Shown: positions 26,201-40,526 of the stretch, piece after piece
How positions within the stretch are numbered: position 1 is the first letter of the stretch
Layout: each line of letters opens with the position of its first letter
From: Eledone cirrhosa
Lineage: Eukaryota
DNA: 64,000 bases
Direction: 5' to 3'
NCBI GenBank assembly: GCA_964016885.1
Contig: OZ024742.1
Span: 80,848,001-80,912,000 of the forward strand
The notes under the pieces: model-generated
Database searches by the model: none
Told to the model about the DNA's origin: nothing
Seen by the model: the letters and a program-made list of their open reading frames with translations, nothing else
Made by a program: the position numbers and the translations under genes

Positions 26201-28207
26201 AGAATGTGGCCTGGAGACATTATATGATTTCTTTATGCACAGTCAGTGTGTATTTTCATTAATAGTAAATGTGTGCACACTTACTTCCGGATAGGAATTA
26301 ATTTATAACATCGTGGAGAAAATAAATAAAGGACGGGCATGAAATGCAAACGTTTAAAATGCAAAATAAATATACATATACATTGATTCGTTAACATATG
26401 GTATTGAATGAACCTGGAAGCGCCAGGCCTTATCTCTTTGTAGTCCTATTGGTGTTCTGCGGCAATGTAAGCGATCTGAATATATAATATGGTCCCTTAA
26501 TAGACGACCAATCGGAACAACGTAAACGGAAAATAATACTTGCCGACTAAAGATGCTGTGGAAGGCTGCTGGTCGCAATATTTACCTCCCACGTTTTTGT
26601 ATAGTGTATCAGGTGACGGAGCACAAGCCCTCATATTTCCATTGGTTACACATTTTGCTGATAATTTTCAGATAATTTAAGTAATATACCTTCATGCAAA
26701 TTCCATACACTGAAAGCAGAACCAACATTGGGTACTATTGTTATTACTATAATAAATACACAGCTTGTATTTGCTAAATGTTTATGGGAATGTATTGTAA
26801 ATTATTTAACACCTAGACAACTGTATAATATATCGAAAAATAATTGTATATGGCTATCTATAATCGAATGTCTATACATGCGAAAATACTGCTTATTTGC
26901 CGCAAGTAGGAATCCGAATGTTTGTATATACGCAAATATTAGCATGCCGATTGCATATTGCGTTACGAAATTTACAAAGAGGTCTAAGATTACGCTGTAT
27001 GTAGGAAATTGAAGAACTAATAACTCATTAGTTATTAGGGGCAAAATATAGTCTGAATAAGTTCATTTAACATATTTCAAAATGACGTAAAACTGTTACG
27101 ACAGATTTTTAGCAAGTATAATATCCATAATTCAAAATTTAATAGTTAAGGAAATATCGCTAATTATAATCAAATATCATGAATTTAAATAAATACGTTA
27201 AGAGAAAAACTACTAATTAAGTATGCATAAAGTACATACTTAATTGAAAATTGTCTCACGGGTGAAAGTATACAATGTTAGCGACATTTTGAAGGGGCGT
27301 AAAGAAAGACCGAGGTAAGTTCACATCCCATTTATAAAAACAATTTATTTGTTAGAACCGTAAATTGTTCCCATGAGGATTTTGTTTTCTCCCTCCAACT
27401 ATAAAGTAAAAATGTCAGTTAATTAGTTGTTTGCATATGACTTTGAAAACACCAGCCATTTATATCACTATCTAAATTCACACTATTTATTTATTTCAGC
27501 ACATGGAAGTAGTACATTTTGCTTTTAATTTTACTGGCAAAATATCATGCAACTGATGTCTTTTTTATTATTTTCTATTTTCTATTTGTAAAGAAATCAA
27601 TACCTAGGCTAAAGAGATTAGATTATCTTCACTAATCTGGATAAATATCCGGCATGATTACAATAGGTATCCTGGCATGTAGAGAAACATCGGATTATCC
27701 TACACGTAAACATGCAAATAATGACTGGAATTGTTTAAAAATAAAATTTTAAATATTTGCATTTCACACGCCTGTATCTAAATATTTTAAGTATAAATCA
27801 ACATAGTATTTTGAAAATTGAACTGAAATATTTGTTAAACAGTGTAGAGCCATTCTGGGGAATTAATTGCAGTTATGTTCAATTCTAATGTCGATTCAAG
27901 TATCAAGAGAGTTAATTATGTGAAATAATTATATAATCAATTTTATATTTCCTAAATTAGATGTAGATTGTATTATACTAATCAGTAATGCAGGGAAACC
28001 TTACAATATTTCATTTATTTTAAATACTTAGCGAATTTAAGGTATCACGTAGACAGTTTTTAACAGATATTTAATAGAATATGGGTAAGCCAAATTCATA
28101 TAACTTAAGACAATGTACTTATCTTGATTCTATACAAAATTTAGACTTCACTTAATATAAAACCACATGAATAAAATTGGTTACTTCCAATTGTTATATT
28201 GCCATGC

Positions 28208-28248
<41 letters not shown>

Positions 28249-28252
<4 letters not shown>

Positions 28253-28917
28253 TATGTATACGTACAAACATATATGTATACAGACGTACAGTTGTATGTA
28301 TATATATACATACATGCACACATATATATATGTACGTATGGATTTACCGAACATGTATGATAATGCTCGGTATGATTGTAAATAAACATCCCGAATTAAG
28401 CCGTACAGTGTTTAGCAACCATCGTTGACCTTTTGTTCAAGACTGAAAAAGGAATGATGTACTAGTTTCAAGCTTGTTGGCTATCGTCAGCACCGTATAC
28501 CTTCCTGCCAGATTATTGAACGTCTGAAAGTATATACTTTCCTTATGAATATTAACGGGTGAGCAGCGTAATTTGCATAACAAGTGAGTTAATCGGCCGG
28601 GCGCACCGAAAACGATAAACGGAAAAAATTAAACGAAATTTCCTTTCTCAAACTTAGTACGGCTGTTACATAAATATAAGTATGTATACGTACATATATA
28701 TATATATATGTATACAGACGTACAGTAGTATGTATATATATACATACATGCACACATATATATATATGTACATATGGATTTACCGAACATTTATTATAAT
28801 GCTCGGTGTGTTTGTAAACAAACATTCCGAATTAAGCCGTACAATATTTAGCAACCATCGTTGCCCTATGTTCAAAACTGACAAAGGAACGATGTACTAG
28901 TTTCTAGCTTATTAGCT
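28249..28917 (-). mobile_element. Retrozyme-like ~428-bp tandem unit, left arm (1.55 units)
   Basis: Unit boundary taagtatgtatacg at 28249 and 28677 (428-bp period); no ORF; hammerhead on minus strand. Confidence 0.85.
28454..28496 (-). ncRNA. Minimal type I hammerhead ribozyme
   Basis: Reverse complement: acggtg-CTGACGA-tagccaacaagctt-GAAA-CTAG-TA-catcat. Confidence 0.85.
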
Positions 28918-30091
28918 GTTAATATGCATGAGGAAAGTATATATTTTCAAACGTTTAATCATCTGGCAGGAAGGTATACGTGCTGACGATAGCTAATACG
29001 CTTGAAACTAGTACATCATTCCTTTTTCAGTGTTGAACAAAAGGGCAACGAGGGTTGCTAAACACTGTACGGCTTAATTCGGGATGTTTTTTTAGAAACA
29101 CACCGAGCGTTATAATAAATGTTCGGTAAATCCATACGTACATATATATATGTGTGCATGTATGTATATATATATATACATACATACAAATGTACGTATG
29201 TATACATATATGTATGTACGTCACATACTTATATTTAAGTAACAACCGTACTAAGAGTGAGAAATGAAATTTCGTTTCATTTTTTCCGTTTATCGTTTTC
29301 GGTGCGCCCGGCCGATTAACTCACTCGATATGCAAATTACGCTACTCAGCCGTTAATATGCATAAGGAAAGTACATACTTTCAGACCTTCAATCATCTGG
29401 CAGGAAGGTATACGGTGCTGCGATAGCTAATAAGTACATCGTTCCTTTGTCAGTGTTGAACAAAAGGGCAACGATGGTTGCTAAACACTGCACGGCTTAA
29501 TTTCGCGATGTTGGTTTACAAACACACCGAGCATTATAATAAATGTTCGGTAAATCCATACGTAGATATAAATATACATACAACTGTACGTCTGTATACA
29601 TATATGTATGCACGTATACATACTTATATTTAAGTAACAGGCGTACTAAGAGTGAGAAATGTAATTTCGTTTCATTTTATCCGTGTATCGTTTTCGGCGC
29701 TCGCGGCCGATTAACTCACTCGATATGCAAATTGGGCTGCTCAGTATATACTTTCAGACGTTCAATCATCTGGCAAGAAGGTATACGGTGTTGACTATAG
29801 CTAAAAAGCTTGAAACTAGTACATCATTCCTTGTTCAGTGTTTAACAAAAGGGCAACGATGGTTGCTAAACACTGTACGGCTTAATTCTCGATGTTTGTT
29901 TACAAATACACCGAGCATTATAATAAATGTTCGGTAAATCCATACGTACATATATATATGTGTGCATGTATGTATATATATATACATACTACTGTACGTC
30001 TGTATACACATATGTATGTACGTATACATACATATATTTAAGTAACAGCCGTACTAAGAGAAATTAAATTTCGTTTCATTTTTTCCGTTTA
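28918..30091 (+). mobile_element. Retrozyme-like tandem unit, right arm (~2.9 units), inverted relative to left arm
   Basis: Three hammerhead positions: intact core at 28983-29013, deleted core near 29418, TTGACTA variant near 29791. Confidence 0.85.
28978..29019 (+). ncRNA. Minimal type I hammerhead ribozyme
   Basis: acgtg-CTGACGA-tagctaatacgctt-GAAA-CTAG-TA-catcat. Confidence 0.82.
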
Positions 30092-30099
30092 TATATATA

Positions 30100-31387
30100 C
30101 AGGGCGGGGCATAAAAACTGATACAAAATAAAATGCAAATAGTTCTTGAAAAAACATTTATTTCAAGATCTGACTTCAACAAATAGTAAGTAATATACTA
30201 TTAAATAACTGCACAACAATTTATTCAAAATGCTTTCCTCTAGCTCGAAGACTTCTAGGAAAGTCTTCGATGTCTGCACGAACAGTTTCCATGGGTATTT
30301 TCTCCCATACTTTATTCAGTTTTGATTTTAGAGTTTCAATATTTTGGCTAGGAGTAGAGCAGGCTTCACTCTCAAGAATTGACCTTAAAGAAAAATCGAA
30401 AGGGTTGAGATCTGGGGATGTGGGAGGCCACTCTTCCTTACTGATCCATGCAGGACAATGGTCTCTATACCACTGTTGTGTTATGCAAGCAGTGTGACTC
30501 GTCGCTCCATCTTGTTGGAGAGTCCAAACGTCATCACCATAAACAGATATGCACCATGGCATCAGTGCTCCTTCCAAAATATCCTTTATGCAATGTTCTT
30601 TGTTAATTTTAGCTCCTTGATTCACAACAATCAGAGGAGACTTCCCTCTTTCAGAAATGGCTGCCAAACCATCACTGATACTGGTTTCTGTGTTCTGAAT
30701 ACTTTTCCTACACTTGAAGGAATTGATTTGAGACTTTTTGCAGGTACTCGATCATTTTGATGATTGTGAGACTGCTGCAAAGTGAATAACTTCTCATCTG
30801 TAAAGATGATGTTTTGCAGCGTGCCATCCTTGATACGGTTCAATAACAGTTTACTTCTGGAGAGCCTCTTTTCAATTGTGGCTGCAGAAAGAAGCTGCCT
30901 CTTTTGGAACTTATAGGAGGACATCCCCGGATCATCTCGACATATCGTCCGCATAGTTCTCGGTGATGTTTCTGCTTCTTCTGCCATTTTTCTCATGGAC
31001 CTTCTCGGATTGCGCCTTATTTTCCCCTCACAATTTTAACGAGTTTTGGTGTTCTTGAGGTGCGAGGGCATCTGGATTGAGGCCTGTCTTTGGTCGAGGA
31101 AGTTTCCTTAAATCGATCAATTGTCCTTTTGATCAACATTCTACTGATCTTAAGAATTTACCCCAGTTTAAATATCTTGGGAGGAGTTAGGCCTTTTTTC
31201 ATGCTTCTCTATAATGAAATTTCTTTTCAATTCTATGGACATTGCAAATTGTTAATGGAGTAATGTTCTGAAAAATAGTTAATATGGTTATAGTGCATGG
31301 ATTTGATACAAATATATTAGTTTTATTAGCAACATAATGTATTTTTAAATTGATTTAAAAACTTAGTAACAGGAATTATGCCCCACC

Positions 31388-31390
<3 letters not shown>
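30100..31390 (-). mobile_element. Tc1/mariner superfamily DD37D (maT) transposon
   Basis: TIRs cagggcggggcataa / ttatgccccaccctg, flanked by TA; FTDEKLF, QQDGATSH, SPDLNPFDF with 37 residues between second and third D. Confidence 0.93.
30221..31242 (-). pseudogene. DD37D transposase pseudogene
   Basis: ORF pieces 30631-30996 and 30221-30667 plus frameshifted N-terminal HTH region. Confidence 0.88.
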
Positions 31391-31423
<33 letters not shown>

Positions 31424-31427
<4 letters not shown>

Positions 31428-32604
31428 AGAGATATATTTTAATTTTAATTATATCTCATAAAATAATACAACTGGCTTTTCCACATAATACATATTGTTA
31501 GCACCCCAAACACTTAAATTGGGTTTATATTAAAATATAACCCAATGTTTGTTGAGTGAGATGGTTACCAGTCAGAGATTAGCTTTAAACTATCTCTGTT
31601 ATTGTATTAATATTTTACTCTTGATTGGCCAGAGGTGTTTATTTCCAGGTACCTTATAAATTTGACTTTCCGTATTTATTACTGTTGTGCGATATTGTGG
31701 TTTTTATTGGTTGTAACTTCTCTGTTTTTTAACCTAAGAAAATATATATATGCCTATGTATATAATTACATGCATACATTTATTTTTTTAAATGAATTGA
31801 GTTCTTTACCCGAGGAATGGATATTAGTTTTGAAATAACTAATTAACCCGCGTGTGTTTTATGTTTTACTCTTAATTCGGCCGGAGATTTACATTCCCAT
31901 TTGCCCTTTAAATCATAACTTTCCGTATTTACTACGGTTACGAGATGTGGTTTCTTATTCAGGTACAACCTCTGATTTTAGCCTAAGAAAATATCTATAT
32001 GCGTGTGTAATTTATACACGCATATATTTATTTTTTTTTATTTCAATTGAGTTCTTAACACGTTGGATTGATAATGTTTTCGAAAAAACTTATTAACCCG
32101 CGTGTATATTATTTTTTTCCTCCTTTCGTGGATCGTAGTTGTCTCCCCTTCCCGCTTAGTGACGCTATAATACTTCCTCAGTCAAAAACTGCTGGAATTT
32201 CAAATTTGCCGGTCATTCGATGCGGGAAGGAGCAACTTAACAGACACGATTTTTAACTGTGGTAAGAAATGGTTTTCTTATATCAAAGTTTAATGGGCTT
32301 CCACTGATGATTTATAAGCACCCACCTAAATATATTCTTACATTAATGTATGTTAGGCTTCTACATAAACTGGAAATATTCTCCGAATTTGTAGAAAACT
32401 TATAATGAAACAATTGTTTGGAAAGAGAGATATATTTTAATTTTAATTATATCTCATAAAATAATACAACTGGCTTTTCCACATAATACATATTGTTAGC
32501 ACCCCAAACACTTAAATTGGGTTTATATTAAAATATAACCTAATGTTTGTTGAGTGAGATGGTTACCAGTCAGAGATTAGCTTTAAACTATCTCTGTTAT
32601 TGTA

Positions 32605-32609
<5 letters not shown>
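31424..32609 (+). mobile_element. Non-coding ~998-bp hammerhead element (1.19 units; 188-bp terminal direct repeat) in (TA)n
   Basis: 31424-31611 equals 32422-32609 with one mismatch seen; two internal ~240-bp diverged repeats; no credible ORF; hammerhead immediately before second repeat. Confidence 0.85.
32299..32423 (+). ncRNA. Intact-core type I hammerhead ribozyme with branched ~95-nt stem II
   Basis: ttcca-CTGATGA-t-ttataag-[two hairpins]-cttataa-t-GAAA-CAATTG-TT-tggaa; predicted cleavage after 32418. Confidence 0.85.
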
Positions 32610-32646
<37 letters not shown>

Positions 32647-32661
32647 GTGTGTGTGTGTGTG

Positions 32662-32735
<74 letters not shown>

Positions 32736-32947
32736 TCTAATGGTAGCGGTATACCGGTTGAGCACTCTATGCTTCTACTGAGCAGAGTATGAGAGAATGG
32801 AAAAGGAAAAAATCAGTGATGGATCGGAACTCAATGTATTGTGTGTTACAATCGTTTCCCCGGAGCACAGATCCAGGTGCTATCTGTGTGTGGATCGACC
32901 TGACTCTGGACTCGCAGGTTCCTCCGACACTTCTATTGGTTTCGGAG

Positions 32948-33020
<73 letters not shown>

Positions 33021-33024
<4 letters not shown>

Positions 33025-33458
33025 TATGTATACGTACATACATATATGTATACAGACGTACAGTAGTATGAATATATATATACATACATGCACACATATA
33101 TATATGTACGTATGGATTCACCGAACATTTGTTATAATGCTCGGTATGTTTGTAAACAAACATCCCGTATTAAGCCGTAGTATATAGCAACCATCGTTGC
33201 TCGTTTGTTCAACACTGACAAAGGAACGCTATACTAGTTTCAAGCTTATTAGCTATCGTCACCAACGTATACCTTCCTGCCAGATTGTTGAACGTATATA
33301 CTTACCTTATGCATATTAACGGCTGAGTAGCCCAATTTGCATATCGAGTGGGTTAATCGGCCGGGTGCACCGAAAACGATAAACGGAAAAAATGAAACGA
33401 AATTTCATTTCTCACTCTTAGTACGGCTGTTACTTAAATATAAGTATGTACACGTATA
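33021..33458 (-). mobile_element. Retrozyme-like unit, second subfamily (420-bp period)
   Basis: taagtatgta at 33021 and 33441; hammerhead with C3G change (GTGACGA) near 33227-33268. Confidence 0.85.
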
Positions 33459-34480
33459 TGCATAAATCTAATAGAAGGTTCAACATTCAACTTTACACAA
33501 GGACAACATTTCACAGTTAAATACAACTTTACATGTGCATCTGTAAACCTAATCTATGTTTTGACCAGCTCAGGTTGCCGAGAGCATTACATAGGACAGA
33601 GCAAAAACAGCCTCCGACAAATCAAAATACAGGAATGAGAAAGATTGCCTTCAGTTAACATATCGCCAATTGTTCACCTAACCACCTACCAAACTTTAGA
33701 ATTTTGCCCACTTACAAGTTTATAGACAACGCTTTTTTCATCCATAGTACTAATAGGGAAACGTAGTTCATTAACAAATTCAAACCTCTACTTAATGGAC
33801 TAAATTTCGGACTAAACTAAAACAGGAACGAACAATGATCCATAGACGTTCTCTAAAGAGATACCTCCTACACCCTACCTAATATGTTTTCTTATATAAA
33901 TGAATTACCCCTCTCCTCTCTTTCTCCTACCCGACCACTCTGAATTAAATCCCCCTGCATATTAATTCTCTAAAAAGGGAAAACACATCCAATGTCAGGC
34001 GAACATTTGCCTCCATCATGGATCAACTTCTTTAAGCATTCTTACCATAATAAACATTTTTTGAACTGCTTATCCTCAAAAGACAATGCTTGTAAATAAT
34101 ATTATTATTTCTTTCCCATAACCTTATCATGTTCCACATCACCCTTTTCTTGACTTCAAAAACCTTGTTTGTAAATAATATCATACTTTCTTTCCATTTC
34201 AATAACATGTTCAACATAAGCTTAACCAATACAAATTCCCCTTTTTTCTCTCTCACTCACATAGGTTGATAATGCATAAAATGCTGAAACCGGTAATTGA
34301 TAATGATTAAATAAATAAATAAATAAATAAATAAATGCTATTGGTAATTAATAAATAGATTAACTATAACTTAACACTTCACACAAAGTAAAATACTTTG
34401 TTTTAACCATTTTCTAACCCAGAAAAAAGAGAAAAAGATAAGGAAAAATAAATATGTTTCTTCCTAATAATCATTTTTTT
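33456..34480 (+). mobile_element. 3' fragment of Neptune-like PLE (GIY-YIG remnant + 3' UTR)
   Basis: ICINLIEGSTFNFTQGQHFTVKYNFTCASVNLIYVLTSSGCREHYIGQSKNSLRQ, homologous to the C-terminus of ORF 49615-50403. Confidence 0.88.
34264..34298 (+). ncRNA. Minimal hammerhead-like motif, U3-A8 variant
   Basis: TTGATAA-t-gcat-aaa-atgc-t-GAAA-CCGG-TA; stem I weak. Confidence 0.55.
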
Positions 34481-34506
34481 CGTATATATATATATATAAA
34501 TGTTAG

Positions 34507-35087
34507 TATAGCATTGACGAAGCTTTAGTATACGGCCAAGCTAGCGTATATGCATAATCGGTCTGTAGCTTTAGGACTCGGATGAGGTAAGACCCCAGAG
34601 TAATAACATTACATTCAGACAGCTTAGCAAATCAGATATAGCAGTCGGCAGTCCAGCCAGTTTTTGACGATAGAACATAGGATTTACTTCTTCAGCAAGT
34701 CTTTCGTTCTTAGCCAAAGCAGGTATGTTGTAACTTTAAAAGTCACCACAGACACGTGGTTTTCTCCAAGGGAGGTAACCCCCGCTTAGGCGTTGTATTC
34801 TAATTGTATTATTCAAACCGAATAAATCACTCGACTAGAAGTTATCAAACAAACTTAAACAATTAATCAATCAATAGAATTATCAATTAAATTAATCAGT
34901 TAATCGTTAATTCTAGGAGTAAATATAAATTTAATACAGCATTGACGAAGCTTTAGTATACGGCCAAGCTATAGTATATGCATAATCGGTCTGTAACTTT
35001 AGCATTCGGATGATGTAAGACCCCAGATTAATAACATTACGTTCAGACAGCTTAGCAAATCAGATATAGCAGTCGGCAGTCCAGCCG
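34507..35087. repeat. ~150-bp direct repeat at 430-bp spacing (pLTR-like)
   Basis: agcattgacgaagctttagtatacggccaagct...ggcagtccagcc at ~34510-34658 and ~34938-35086. Confidence 0.85.
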
Positions 35088-35272
35088 CATTACCAGAGCA
35101 ACGAAAATACAGGACCCCGAAAAAGATTTTACACTGACCCTGACATAGCGGTGAGGCTGAGTGTAAAATATATAACTTACATCGTATATCCACAATATAG
35201 ATCACAATATCACATCCAACACCAGCGCCAAGTTTCGGCAAATCGAAGATCGACAAATTCCTATTGTAGGAG

Positions 35273-35340
<68 letters not shown>

Positions 35341-36562
35341 GAATTGAGGTAATATATATATACATAATATTTATGCAGGGTATCTCTGGATAAAATGTCC
35401 AGGAAAATAATGCTCAAGACAGCTTATTTAGCTTAAATAAAGTTTCATAAACGTAGCATGTATGCGCGATCAAGATTTCGCTGTCCAGTTATGGCCACCA
35501 TTCTATAATGGAGGAGCCTCTTCGAAATTAGATTATCATACGTGCGCCCAGACTAAAATACGATAAAAACAATTATTTACCCGAATATATTTGGTTTTAA
35601 ACAGTGGAGAGCAGCTTTTCAGGAATAAGAGAAAGCAAATATAGCGATTGCAACAGTCGCCTGGCAACTAAAAGAAAAATGAATACTGCATGATGTTACT
35701 AGGAAAGTGTTCGAAAAGTTCACGCCATACATAAATGGAACGGAGAAATGTATGATCTTGTAACAGTTATGCTCACTTGGCACATATCTACACTCCAAGA
35801 CGGAAGTCATTGGACATTACTGGCATCAGAAGGACCATCTCTTATCCAACTGGAAAACAGAACCAAAAGATGACCCCTCACCAGACCTAAATTCCCCATG
35901 ATCCTATTCCTCACTGTCACCTATCCACACTCAACGGACAAACAAATTTAAACATATCCCCTCCAAATACATGTGTACACAAAACCATAGTCTACCGTAA
36001 CTATCACACATACAATCATCAATTGAAAGCAACGTTTATTTTTGTTTTGATTTTTGCTTTATTATTATTTTCAGACTTTATTAATTGGAAATTATCAAAA
36101 GAGATATAAACAGTTGCCATATAACTGATAGACTACAACGCAAACACATATTTACATCCCCAAAGTCACCTCCCTTGATCTCCTAAATTATTAAAAATTC
36201 AACGATCTCCGTTGGTAACGATATCATTAAAATTGGTTATTAATTTTTTTTTAATAATTACACGTAATTCATGCCACGCGCATTTTACAGAGATTAGTCT
36301 ATAAATAAAACCTCAGGGATCACATACTCCGGAATTACCTCCCTTGTTCCAGAAACCCAACTATCTACTGTTAGAGTTTGCGAAAGTTTTATTTGTTTGT
36401 ATATATATAAATAAATATATTACTAGTACAGATTAAAGTTTAAGCAACGAATCACTGATTACACCCTATTATCGAATGTTCTGATGAGCACGCAATAGGG
36501 TGAAAGCAGCAATTATTTTCGAACCCTCTTCGAATTTTGGTCTCCCTAATAATTATGACTAT

Positions 36563-36627
<65 letters not shown>

Positions 36628-37096
36628 GCTAATATTGATATTCTATGGTGCTACATCATGGACTCTGTATATTAATCACACCAATCACCTTGATGGTTTT
36701 AATATGTGATACTTGTGTACCATATGCAACATAAATCTACTAGATCACATTACAAAAAGTGATGTTCAAAATGACATTACTTGCCACTGTCATTGTCTCG
36801 CATGAAACAAAGTAGGCCATGCAGTCCATAGGACAGCTGCAGCCTCAAGAGAATCTAGACACACAAATATATATATATATGTATATGTGTGTGTGTAGGG
36901 AGGGTGTCCGTGTGTGTGTGTGTGTCTGCGTGAATAAGGGTATATTATTTTCTCGAAATATATACGACAGGACGTTTGTATATGTATTTCAAAATTGGCG
37001 TATTTAAGACAATTGCGCCAACACACGAACTCCCACACACACACATACATACAAACACATACAACTGTCTACACTTGTATGTTTCTCTGCGCATGC

Positions 37097-39269
<2,173 letters not shown>

Positions 39270-39709
39270 CATATTGATTGATAGCCTGGATTAGTGGGAT
39301 CAGGAGGGCCAGAAATAAAAAAAAGTACTCGATTCATCGTGAGATACGGAGTGATTGATTGTATTAATTTTAATGGATGAACCACGATTTAGGCGGTTTC
39401 GGCTAGTTACCTCTTCGGAAGCGTTAACTACCGTAACCACTGTCGAGCCGGTAGCTGCTCTACTTTCATATATCTATATATTTATCTATCAACAAACTAT
39501 CCATCTGTCTATCCCTGTATCTCTCTCGCTTTCTATCTCTTTCTCTCTCCCTCTCTCTATCTCTCTTTCTCTCTCTCTGTATATATATATATATATAAGT
39601 ATGCATATCTAATAATATACGGTATGTTTACGAATAAACATTTTGAATGCTGACGGCTGGCGACGCTTTGACGATTCCAACAGAAGTAGTATATATAAAT
39701 ATATATAAG

Positions 39710-39781
<72 letters not shown>

Positions 39782-40526
39782 GTGTGTGTGTGTGTTTGTG
39801 TGTGTGCTTCTATGTGTGGATGTGTAATCACAGTGCCTCTAAATAGGAGACAATATTATGAAACGAGAGTATGAATCTTTGAAACCAATAAAAAAATAAA
39901 CATTTTTCCTATCTAGGCGAAACCAGAATAGATTCTCTGATTTTAGTTTATTTTATTGTCATTTCATCTTCATTCATTCATTTCCACTAAATAAGCTTTA
40001 TGGCATCCATCTTTATTTTATTTGTTTTTGCTAGTGAAGTGATAGAAATTAAAGAATGTCCCGCGAGCCGAATAAACAAACGAACAAATGTACCGTATCG
40101 CAATTAACCGGAGTGAATGGACTTTATCGCTTTCTCTTTGCAATAATATTAAATGGAATGATCTACGTTCGTAGCTTTCTCCATATGACAATAAATAAGT
40201 TAATAGATAAATAAATGAGTAAATGAATACATACAATATTATTTCGCATTCATTTTCGTATTACTTCGTGTTTAGATTTATAGAATATTAATGATGTTGG
40301 AAAGGTATCGGTGTTGATTGTCCGACTTTATGAGTAGGCGACATTTGTAAGTGGAGCCAAACCTCTTTTACTGATATCTACATGGCTTGAGTTCCGATTT
40401 TGCTGTGTTTGATATCGACAATGTAAATATCAAACATCACATAAATATCAAATTCTCAAAATGTTTTGCAATCTATAAGTCGTTGAGAGCTGCCCTCAAG
40501 TGGTACGGCTTTCGTAATGTTATATA

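Noticed and set aside
27280-27320. Possible 33-nt plus-strand micro-exon ending gag|gtaagt
   Set aside because: Strong donor but weak acceptor and no linked exons; unsupported without RNA data
28249-30091. CRISPR-like or simple satellite interpretation of the repeat array
   Set aside because: No repeat-spacer structure, eukaryotic context; units are dispersed, inverted and carry ribozyme motifs
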